Below, piece by piece: positions 57,044 through 64,000 of a DNA stretch of 64,000 nucleotides (position 1 is its first letter; each line of letters begins with the position of its first letter). The DNA is from an uncultured Planctomycetota bacterium (lineage in GTDB: Bacteria; Planctomycetota; Phycisphaerae; Tepidisphaerales; Tepidisphaeraceae): positions 928,001 to 992,000 of the forward strand of contig CAWJEN010000005.1 in NCBI GenBank assembly GCA_963841915.1, read 5' to 3'. The position numbers and the translations under genes are program-made. Below the pieces are notes generated by a model. It ran no database searches, was not told the DNA's origin, and worked only from the letters and a program-made list of their open reading frames with translations.

Positions 57044-59056
57044 TTGTGCGATGTGCTGGCAGCATGGCCGCTTGTGTTCGAGACGCCTTGGGTCGGCAGC
57101 CTGGCGGGAGCGGTGGCTTTGGGCTTGCTCGTCTATCGCCTGTGGCGGTTCGCCATCGTCGCAAGTTGTTTTGCCATCGCGGCGGCGTCACCGGTGTGGC
57201 TCGACGCGGCACCGCCGCGGATCGCGGTTTACGTCGATCTGTCGCCCAGCACGCGAACCGCCTTCTGGCGGGACCCGCAGACGCTGAGCCGGGTGCTTGC
57301 TGCATTTCCCGGTGAGCCGGAGCTGTTCGTCTTTGGCGAGGTGGCGATGCGGACCGGCATCGAGGTGTACGACGGTGGCGACCTGATGGCGGAGCAAACG
57401 AAGCTCGACATCAACGTCGACGCCGACGCGGCCGTCGTGCTGACAGACGGTCGTCTCGACCTGACGACGGTGCTGCCGACAAGCTTCCTCATTGATCCCG
57501 CGCTCGACGCACCCGGCGATGCGGCGGCGATGTCGCTGGAGCGAGACGGCCGTCGCGTCCTGCGGACGTGGCGAGAGAACGGCCGCGAGCTCATGCAGGT
57601 CACCGAAAGCGATGACCCACTCGCGGTCGGCGGCGATGACGCCTGGCCGGAGAACGATCGGCTGCAACTACCACCGCCACCACCAGACGGCGGACGACGC
57701 GTCATCTTCGGCAGCACGCTGCCCAGCTTCGTCACGTTGTCTTCAGCAACGTTTCCCGACCTGGCATCGGCTGACGTGGTCGTGCTGACCACCGGCGAGC
57801 TGGACCGCCAGACGGCGCAGGCGATCCGGCGATACGTGACCGATCTCGGCGGAAGCCTGGTGTTGGCGACGACGGACCTGCCGCCGACGGCGTTGGAAGC
57901 TTTGCTGCCGTTGTCGTTCGTGCCACCGGGCCCGTCGGGCCGTTGGGCGTTTTTGCTTGACGCGAGCGGGAGCATGCGTGACACGTGGCCGGCGGTGCGG
58001 CGGGCGACGCTGGCCGCCGCCGAGGCATTGCCGAAGAACGCACGCGTCGACTTGGCGATGTTCTCGGCCGACGTGACGTGGCTGGCGCGGGACGCGCAGG
58101 CGACGGAGCTGCCGACGTTGCCTGATGCGACGGGCGGGCCAACCAACTTGGCGGCGGCGGTCGATGCGGTGGCCGGGCCAAGGCAGGTGCTCGTGGTGAC
58201 CGACGCCGCCGCAGAGGTCGCTCAGGAGGTGATCGATCGGGCGGTCAACGCGGCGGTGCTCGTCCACGTGCTCCACACGGGCGACGCGGTGTCGCCATCG
58301 GTGCGAAGGCTCGTAGAGCAGACCGGCGGCACGCTCACCATTGAACCCGACGAGGCGGCGTGGCGTGACGCGGCTCGACGCCTGACACGCAACGCCTCGG
58401 CCGGCGCGATACGCGACACACCCGCGACGTTGACCCTCGACGATGTCGCGATCGAGGTCACCCGCTGGCGACAGGCGTGGGCGACGACGCGGGCGACGGT
58501 GCTGTGCGACGAACCCGCTGCGGCGTCGGTGCGGGTCGGTGCCGGCAGCGTGGTCGCGGTCGCGGCATCGCTGCCGACCGATGCGCTGCAACGCATCGCC
58601 GACGCCAATGCGTCGCAACCGGCCGGGGAGTACGACGTCCGCTGGTCAGATACGGGCGTGCTAACGGTCGAAGTCTTCGACGGCCCGGGCCGGTTCGTGC
58701 TCGTGCACGGCGACGAGCGGATCGACGCCGAGCAGGTTTCGCTGACGCATTGGCGTGCCACGCTTGCCGGCCGTCGGGAGGCGACCATTGCGGCGGTGCT
58801 GTACGGCGACGAGGTGCTGAGTCGTCAGCCGACGGCCGACCGCTATGCGAGCGAATTCGACGTGATCGGCAATGCCAGGGAGCGGCTTGCTGGGCTTGCA
58901 GACGCGGCCGGTGGCGCGGTGGTTGCCGATGTGTCACAACTGCGACACGAAGGCAGGCCGCGACGACGTCCGTTGGGGTGGCTGTTTTTGTTGCTGGCAG
59001 GTGTGTCGGCCGTTGCGTTGGCAGAACAACTTCGCCGTGGCGGCCGAGTGACCTGA
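57044..59056 (+). CDS. VWA-domain membrane protein
   Basis: DLSPS..TDG and DASGS..GPT..VTD MIDAS-like motifs; N- and C-terminal TM segments; start uncertain. Confidence 0.65.
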   Translation: MCDVLAAWPLVFETPWVGSLAGAVALGLLVYRLWRFAIVASCFAIAAASPVWLDAAPPRIAVYVDLSPSTRTAFWRDPQTLSRVLAAFPGEPELFVFGEVAMRTGIEVYDGGDLMAEQTKLDINVDADAAVVLTDGRLDLTTVLPTSFLIDPALDAPGDAAAMSLERDGRRVLRTWRENGRELMQVTESDDPLAVGGDDAWPENDRLQLPPPPPDGGRRVIFGSTLPSFVTLSSATFPDLASADVVVLTTGELDRQTAQAIRRYVTDLGGSLVLATTDLPPTALEALLPLSFVPPGPSGRWAFLLDASGSMRDTWPAVRRATLAAAEALPKNARVDLAMFSADVTWLARDAQATELPTLPDATGGPTNLAAAVDAVAGPRQVLVVTDAAAEVAQEVIDRAVNAAVLVHVLHTGDAVSPSVRRLVEQTGGTLTIEPDEAAWRDAARRLTRNASAGAIRDTPATLTLDDVAIEVTRWRQAWATTRATVLCDEPAAASVRVGAGSVVAVAASLPTDALQRIADANASQPAGEYDVRWSDTGVLTVEVFDGPGRFVLVHGDERIDAEQVSLTHWRATLAGRREATIAAVLYGDEVLSRQPTADRYASEFDVIGNARERLAGLADAAGGAVVADVSQLRHEGRPRRRPLGWLFLLLAGVSAVALAEQLRRGGRVT

Positions 59057-59129
59057 TGGACCCATCCGGGATCGAACCGGAAACCTCTGCCTTGCAAAAG
59101 CAGCGCTCTCCCAATTGAGCTATGGGCCC
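59057..59129 (-). tRNA. tRNA-Ala(UGC)
   Basis: Reverse complement GGGCCCA..TGGGTCC-A with G3:U70, anticodon TGC, TTCGA T loop. Confidence 0.95.
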
Positions 59130-59250
59130 GCGTCGCCGTCCGAGGTCGGTGGCGGGGCGGGCAGTCTACCCGCGCCAAGTGGCCGCGTCAGCAGGGCGTA
59201 TGGCGCGCGCCTGTTGCGACTTCTTGGCGACCTCATTTTCTTGCAACGAG

Positions 59251-59266
59251 TGGCCACGCGATTGCT
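59251..59266 (+). promoter_or_regulatory. Putative sigma54 promoter
   Basis: TGGCCA-CGCGA-TTGCT, GG-N10-GC, about 85 nt upstream of the 59351 start. Confidence 0.5.
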
Positions 59267-59350
59267 CTACCGCTATCGCCTGCCTCTTCGGCCTGACCAG
59301 CCGCATCTCGCACCGCTGACCTGCCCGCACTGAGTTTATCGACCGCCGCC

Positions 59351-60208
59351 ATGACTGTTGCTGTTCAACCACCCGTTCGACCGCTGGATCGTGCTCTTGT
59401 ACCGCTGAGTCCGTTCACGAGCACGCTCGGCGGTTGTTACGTTCGCCAAGGCGGCAAGCTCGTCAAACTCAGCGGTGGGGCGGACAACGCTGTCGGCCTG
59501 CGGGCGGCGGCAGTCGATGGGGCGTTTCGCGGCATCGCCGGTGACCCGGCGTTTCCGTGCGTCGGGGCCAAGTCTGCCGTGAATCTGGCGTCCTATCGCG
59601 TCGGGGTCTACGACACGCTCGGCTCAGAAGATGCGACGCAAGGACTTTGCCGGGATCTGTGGCAGTTCGGCCAGGAGTTCGACCAGGTCGACGGCAACTT
59701 CGCGACGTTCCTGGCGACGTTCGACGGGCCGGCCGCGCTGGACGAGCAGACGTTCGAGGACCTGTTTTGGCAGCAACTTCAACGTCTTCACGATGCTGAC
59801 GCGCAGCTACACGCGTGGGACGCGGCCGTCAGCAGCGACCCGGCTGATGATCACTTTTCATTCAGCTTCGGCGGAAGGGCGTTCTTTTTGGTCGGCCTGC
59901 ACCCGTCGGCCAGCCGCATCGCCAGGCGATTTCCCTACCCGGCCATCGCCTTTAATGTGCACGAGCAATTCGAACGCCTGCGTGAAGAGGGCAAGATGGA
60001 CCGCATGAAGCAGGTTATTCGGCAAAAGGACAAGCAGCTTCAGGGCGAGGTCAATCCGGTGCTCCGTGACTTTGGCGACGGAAGTGAGGCCCGCCAGTAC
60101 AGCGGCCGGGCGGTGGAAGATGACTGGACGGCTCCCTTCACATCGCATCCAAAGCCGGCCGGTTCGAGATGCCCGTTCCAACGACTGATGAAGTGGGGCC
60201 GTTCTTGA
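59351..60208 (+). CDS. YqcI/YcgG family heme-dependent protein (GntA/DcsA-like)
   Basis: FPCVGAK, DPADDHFSFSFGG..FFLVGLHP..SR.ARRF..IAFN.HEQF, SEARQYSGR. Confidence 0.8.
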   Translation: MTVAVQPPVRPLDRALVPLSPFTSTLGGCYVRQGGKLVKLSGGADNAVGLRAAAVDGAFRGIAGDPAFPCVGAKSAVNLASYRVGVYDTLGSEDATQGLCRDLWQFGQEFDQVDGNFATFLATFDGPAALDEQTFEDLFWQQLQRLHDADAQLHAWDAAVSSDPADDHFSFSFGGRAFFLVGLHPSASRIARRFPYPAIAFNVHEQFERLREEGKMDRMKQVIRQKDKQLQGEVNPVLRDFGDGSEARQYSGRAVEDDWTAPFTSHPKPAGSRCPFQRLMKWGRS

Positions 60209-60825
60209 ATCTTCAGCATCGCATACCACCGGCAAGCGGGCGGGCGTTCCTTGTTCGTCGGGGTCAGACGCTTCGCATCTGCGACCCATTCGGGAGCCAG
60301 GTGGCGGATCTGCTCTGCTACGGCCTCGAAGGCGACAAGGCGACGGCGGAGTACGTCAGTGGTGGCAGAAGCATCGACTACGCCAGCAAGCTCTACCTCA
60401 CGACGAACGACACGCTTTACAGCAACCGCAGCCGCCCGATGCTGAAGATCGGTCGCGACGACTGTGGGCGTCATGATTTCACGCTAACGCCTTGTTCTGC
60501 GGAGATGTATCGACTTTTGTATCAGGACGACGGCAGCCACCCGTCGTGCTTTGCCAATCTCCGCGACAGCCTGAGCGACTACGGCGTGACGCCGGACCAG
60601 ATCCCGACGACGTTCAATGTCTTTATGAACGTGACGTACGCCTCGGCAGAGGCGGCAGTGCCGGGAGCGATGACGATCGGGCCGCCGCTGAGCAAGGCCG
60701 GTGATGTAATAGAGTTTGCCGCAGTGATGGATCTTGTGGTCGGCTTGACTAGTTGTCCGAGCGAGACGACCAATCATGTTGAGAACGCCTCTGACTTGAA
60801 GCCGATTGACTATGAAGTGATTTGA
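60205..60825 (+). CDS. DUF1989 (urea carboxylase-associated) family protein
   Basis: G.QVADL, LYSNRSRPML, HD..C..C.ANL, FNVFMNV, CP motifs; TTG start overlapping the upstream stop. Confidence 0.82.
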   Translation: MNLQHRIPPASGRAFLVRRGQTLRICDPFGSQVADLLCYGLEGDKATAEYVSGGRSIDYASKLYLTTNDTLYSNRSRPMLKIGRDDCGRHDFTLTPCSAEMYRLLYQDDGSHPSCFANLRDSLSDYGVTPDQIPTTFNVFMNVTYASAEAAVPGAMTIGPPLSKAGDVIEFAAVMDLVVGLTSCPSETTNHVENASDLKPIDYEVI

Positions 60826-60909
60826 TCGCCATAGTTAGATCTGCCTAGGGTTTAGCGTCCGTTCGCATGGGGTGGCCGGACGTCGTATACTCATTACGGC
60901 GGAGGCCAC

Positions 60910-61476
60910 TTGAGTCTGGAAGACGACAACGACAGCGACCACGAGTCAGAAGAACCGCAGCGGCCGACACCTGACGACGATGCGGTGCTCGGCATGGACC
61001 AGCCCGATGGCGGCCCCGGTGGCATCGGCAACGAATTGGGCAGAAAGCGTCCGTACGACCATCGCGAGCAGGAGGCGTTTCTAAACATCCTCAGGACCGC
61101 CAGCCATATCAAGCGGCCGTTCGATCGGCTGTTCCGGGCCCACGACATCAGCCACACGCTGTACAACGTGCTACGCATCATCGCCGGGCACGCACCCAAA
61201 GGAGTGACGCGTCAGGTCATCGGACAACAGCTCATCAGCCAGATGCCCGATGTCACACGGCTCATTATCAGCCTGCACCGGCAAGGTTTGGTGTACGAGG
61301 TCGATTGCACCGATGACGCCAGGCGGTCGTTCTTGCACCTGACGGATGCTGGAACCGATCGCCTGGCCGTGCTTGACCCGCTCGTGGTGGATCTGCACAG
61401 TCGGCAACTCGGTCACATCGAGGCGAAGGATCTGCAGCGCCTCTGCGCACTGCTGGACCGTTGCCGAATGACGTGA
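60910..61476 (+). CDS. MarR family transcriptional regulator
   Basis: YNVLRII, PDVTRLI..L..GLV, DARR..LTDAG; start uncertain. Confidence 0.85.
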   Translation: MSLEDDNDSDHESEEPQRPTPDDDAVLGMDQPDGGPGGIGNELGRKRPYDHREQEAFLNILRTASHIKRPFDRLFRAHDISHTLYNVLRIIAGHAPKGVTRQVIGQQLISQMPDVTRLIISLHRQGLVYEVDCTDDARRSFLHLTDAGTDRLAVLDPLVVDLHSRQLGHIEAKDLQRLCALLDRCRMT

Positions 61477-61668
61477 GCCTTGACCAATGTCCACTGCGTC
61501 AGCCTGTCGCGGAACATTTCGCCCCGCGACACCTCTTGCGGCGTCACACCCGATACCGATACCCTCTCATGCCGGCTGCGCATGGATGTGCTGCCCTCAA
61601 CGCCTGACGTTCGGCCTTTGGTCGAAGCTCCGGGCTGACCCCGCTCCCGCGATGGGAAGAAGGTTTCG

Positions 61669-62427
61669 ATGTTTCATGCCCGCCTTGGCGTCCTCGGACG
61701 GATCGCCAGCCCGCTCCTCATCACCCTCGCAACAGCTGCATTGACAGTCGGTTGCGCAACGTCGTCTCGTTTTGCCGACGGTCGCTCGGATGTGGTCGGT
61801 GACCCGATTGACCTGGACGCCGGCACCCGCTACGTGCGATCCAATGACGCGCCGGCATCCGTGTATGTGCCACCGGCGGCCGCGCTGGAGCAGGCGACGC
61901 TGGCCGGTCGTGTGCCGGCATCCTGGCAACCGCGGGTTCAGGCACGGCCTTGGCAGTTCGTCGTTGTCCACCATTCGGCCACACACACCGGCGGGGCCAA
62001 TCGATTCGACGGCATGCACCGTGGCAACGGTTGGGACGAGCTGGGGTACCACTTTGTCATCGGTAACGGCACCGACACCCCTGACGGTGCCGTCGAAGTC
62101 GGCCCCCGCTGGACCAAGCAAAAGCACGGCGCCCACGCGAAGACGGCCGACAACCGCTTTAACGAGCTGGGCGTCGGCATTTGCCTCGTCGGCAACTTCG
62201 ACCAGGAACAGCCGACTCGCAGACAGATGCACAGCCTGGCGGTCCTGACGGCTCACCTCATGCAGCAGTATCACATTCCCCCGGGCCGCGTGATCGGGCA
62301 CGGTGACACGAAGCCGACCGCCTGCCCGGGAATGAATCTGCACGGCCAGCTGGCGAATCTGCGTCGCACCGCCGCCGGCCTTGCCTCCACGGGTAACACG
62401 CCCTCCGGCCACGCCGCGGTACGCTGA
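61669..62427 (+). CDS. N-acetylmuramoyl-L-alanine amidase (Amidase_2/PGRP), probable lipoprotein
   Basis: LTVGC lipobox; VVHHSAT, GYHFVIGNG, GAH, GICLVGNF, GHGD..TACPG. Confidence 0.88.
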   Translation: MFHARLGVLGRIASPLLITLATAALTVGCATSSRFADGRSDVVGDPIDLDAGTRYVRSNDAPASVYVPPAAALEQATLAGRVPASWQPRVQARPWQFVVVHHSATHTGGANRFDGMHRGNGWDELGYHFVIGNGTDTPDGAVEVGPRWTKQKHGAHAKTADNRFNELGVGICLVGNFDQEQPTRRQMHSLAVLTAHLMQQYHIPPGRVIGHGDTKPTACPGMNLHGQLANLRRTAAGLASTGNTPSGHAAVR

Positions 62428-62497
62428 TGGACGGTTGCCGTCCTGCCATACGATGGCTATCGTGTCGGCCCGCCACTCCCCGGAGGCGGAACGACTG

Positions 62498-62571
62498 CGG
62501 GATGTAGCTCAGCTTGGTAGAGCGCTGTCTTCGGGAGGCAGAGGTCGCAGGTTCGAATCCTGTCATCCCGA
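62498..62571 (+). tRNA. tRNA-Pro(CGG)
   Basis: CGGGATG..CATCCCG-A, anticodon arm CTGTC-TT-CGG-GA-GGCAG, GGTTCGAATCC. Confidence 0.95.
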
Positions 62572-62594
62572 TCAGGAAGCTTCAAAGTCTGCAG

Positions 62595-62623
62595 AGCCCA
62601 CGGCGTCGTCCGTGGGCTTTCTT
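62595..62623 (+). terminator. Intrinsic terminator after tRNA-Pro
   Basis: AGCCCACGG/CCGTGGGCT stem followed by TTCTT. Confidence 0.7.
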
Positions 62624-62688
62624 CGTGGTCGGGGAGTCGGGCTGAAAACGCGAATTAGCCGACGCTGCAAGCGAGTCACCACTCCGGC

Positions 62689-62714
62689 CTGGAACATGTT
62701 CCGGAACGTCCCGT
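62689..62714. promoter_or_regulatory. Putative LacI-family operator(s)
   Basis: Palindrome GGAACATGTTCC (62691-62702) followed by GGAACGTCCC, upstream of a LacI-family gene. Confidence 0.4.
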
Positions 62715-62786
62715 AGATTCTCGGAACAATTCGTGACATTCTCTCTGTGCTGCGGTATCTTCCATCTTCACGTATCTGGAGGAATC

Positions 62787-63821
62787 GTGGCATCCATTCG
62801 ATCGATAGCAGCCAAGACCAACACCTCGCCCGCCACCGTTAGTCGGGCGCTCAACAACCATCCAGAGGTGGAGCACGGCACTCGGCAGCGGGTTCTGGAA
62901 GCGGCACGCGAAGCAGGCTATCTCCCCAATGTTGCCCGCGGACCTGAGTCGATGACGGTCGCGGTCATGCAGACGTCGCCCAGCGGCTTCTACGAGTACG
63001 ACGCGATGCTCGTCCGCGGGCTCATCCGGTCGCTGGGGGACCACAAGCTCAGCATCGTCTGGCTGGACATGTTCCGGGACAAGATGAAACAGGAGTCTTT
63101 CGGTCAGTTCTTCCACCGCAGGGGCGTGCGAGGCGTGGTGCTGCGGGCCTTCGGTGATTCGCGGCAGATCGTCGAGCAGGTAGCCGACGCGGGTGTGAAA
63201 CTCATTGCCATCGGCGAAAAGTTTGATCGCCCCGAGATCAACTGGGTCCGCATCAACGCCCGCAAAGAAAGCCAGCGTGCCGTCGAGCATCTGATCGAGA
63301 TGGGACACAAGCGGCTGGCGATCGTGACGCACGAACGACCGACGAGCGATCATGCAGACCGCAAGCTGGGCTATCGCGAAGCACTCGACGCGGCGGGTAT
63401 TGCCTACGACGAACATCTGGTGGTCCGCTCGACACCCTCACCCGACGCGGGTGCGGCGGCGATGAACCGCTTGCTTTCGCTGCCCCAGCCCCCGACGGGC
63501 GTCTACATCACCGATCCACCGACGACGCTGGGCGCGATCTACCGCTGCCACGAGCTGGGGATCAGGATTCCGGCCGACCTGTCGATCATCGGCTTTGATG
63601 ATGACCGTGTGCGGCAGACGACGTGGCCCAAGTACTCGGCCGTCCTTCAGAACACGACGCAACTCGGTGCCGATGCCGGCACGTGGATGGCGCGTCACCT
63701 GGCGGGTCAGACCCAAGAGCCGCTGCAAATGGAGTTTCAAGCGTCCTTCGAAGTGCTCAATTCGACCGGTCGTCCGCCCCCAAAGGCCATACGCGTCCTG
63801 CCCGACGGCACCCGTACCTGA
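62787..63821 (+). CDS. LacI family transcriptional regulator
   Basis: SIRSIA..SPATVSRALN HTH, GHKRLA, IPADLSIIGFDD; GGAGG RBS before GTG. Confidence 0.9.
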   Translation: MASIRSIAAKTNTSPATVSRALNNHPEVEHGTRQRVLEAAREAGYLPNVARGPESMTVAVMQTSPSGFYEYDAMLVRGLIRSLGDHKLSIVWLDMFRDKMKQESFGQFFHRRGVRGVVLRAFGDSRQIVEQVADAGVKLIAIGEKFDRPEINWVRINARKESQRAVEHLIEMGHKRLAIVTHERPTSDHADRKLGYREALDAAGIAYDEHLVVRSTPSPDAGAAAMNRLLSLPQPPTGVYITDPPTTLGAIYRCHELGIRIPADLSIIGFDDDRVRQTTWPKYSAVLQNTTQLGADAGTWMARHLAGQTQEPLQMEFQASFEVLNSTGRPPPKAIRVLPDGTRT

Positions 63822-63893
63822 ACCTGCCTTTGTGGCCGACGGACCCGCTGCTTCGACTGATCTACACATCCGACTTCTGCCTGAGGAGGCACC

Positions 63894-64000
63894 ATGACCC
63901 TGTTCAACTCTGCATCCCGTCGCGCCTTTACGCTCGTCGAGCTCCTGGTGGTCATTGGCATCATCGCGCTGCTGATCAGCATTCTGCTGCCGACACTGAA
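63894..64000 (+). CDS. Prepilin-type N-terminal cleavage/methylation protein (DUF1559-like), truncated by the window end
   Basis: GAGGAGG RBS; MTLFNSASRRAFTLVELLVVIGIIALLISILLPTL. Confidence 0.85.
   Translation, partial: MTLFNSASRRAFTLVELLVVIGIIALLISILLPTL

Noticed and set aside
59054..59059. VWA gene stop abutting the tRNA-Ala 3' end as an integration scar
   Set aside because: No duplicated tRNA 3' fragment or integrase found in the window
59130..59350. Guanidine riboswitch upstream of the YqcI/DUF1989 pair
   Set aside because: No ykkC-type motifs or tandem ACGR hairpins visible

Overview
High-GC bacterial chromosome segment, most likely Planctomycetota (Phycisphaerae-like). Evidence: PEP-CTERM protein, prepilin/DUF1559-type N-terminus, 'VETLEGRKLLA' planctomycete extracellular motif, zinc-ribbon membrane protein and bacterial topoisomerase VI. 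Most genes are housekeeping or metabolic: rbsK, rny, thiC, tilS, clpS, panD, gltA, ppa, tatC, pyrE, nadK, rpmH, rnc, uvrA and metG. The window also has three tRNAs, a TPP riboswitch, a candidate 6S RNA and five parS palindromes that suggest an origin-proximal position. The most unusual part is 18.8-24.6 kb. It contains a converging 21-bp-periodic repeat array in front of a small basic ORF, a REP-like doublet and a decayed duplicate of that ORF. It also contains a tightly packed operon, top6B - MNT antitoxin - HEPN toxin - top6A - second HEPN RNase. Other points of interest: a sigma54-preceded YqcI/YcgG (GntA-like) + DUF1989 pair, a short-variable-arm tRNA-Leu(UAA), a DinB-family gene between the TPP riboswitch and thiC, HicAB coupled to tatC, a degenerate RAYT transposase and an RHS remnant. 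All calls come from motifs recognised by eye; no database searches were run.
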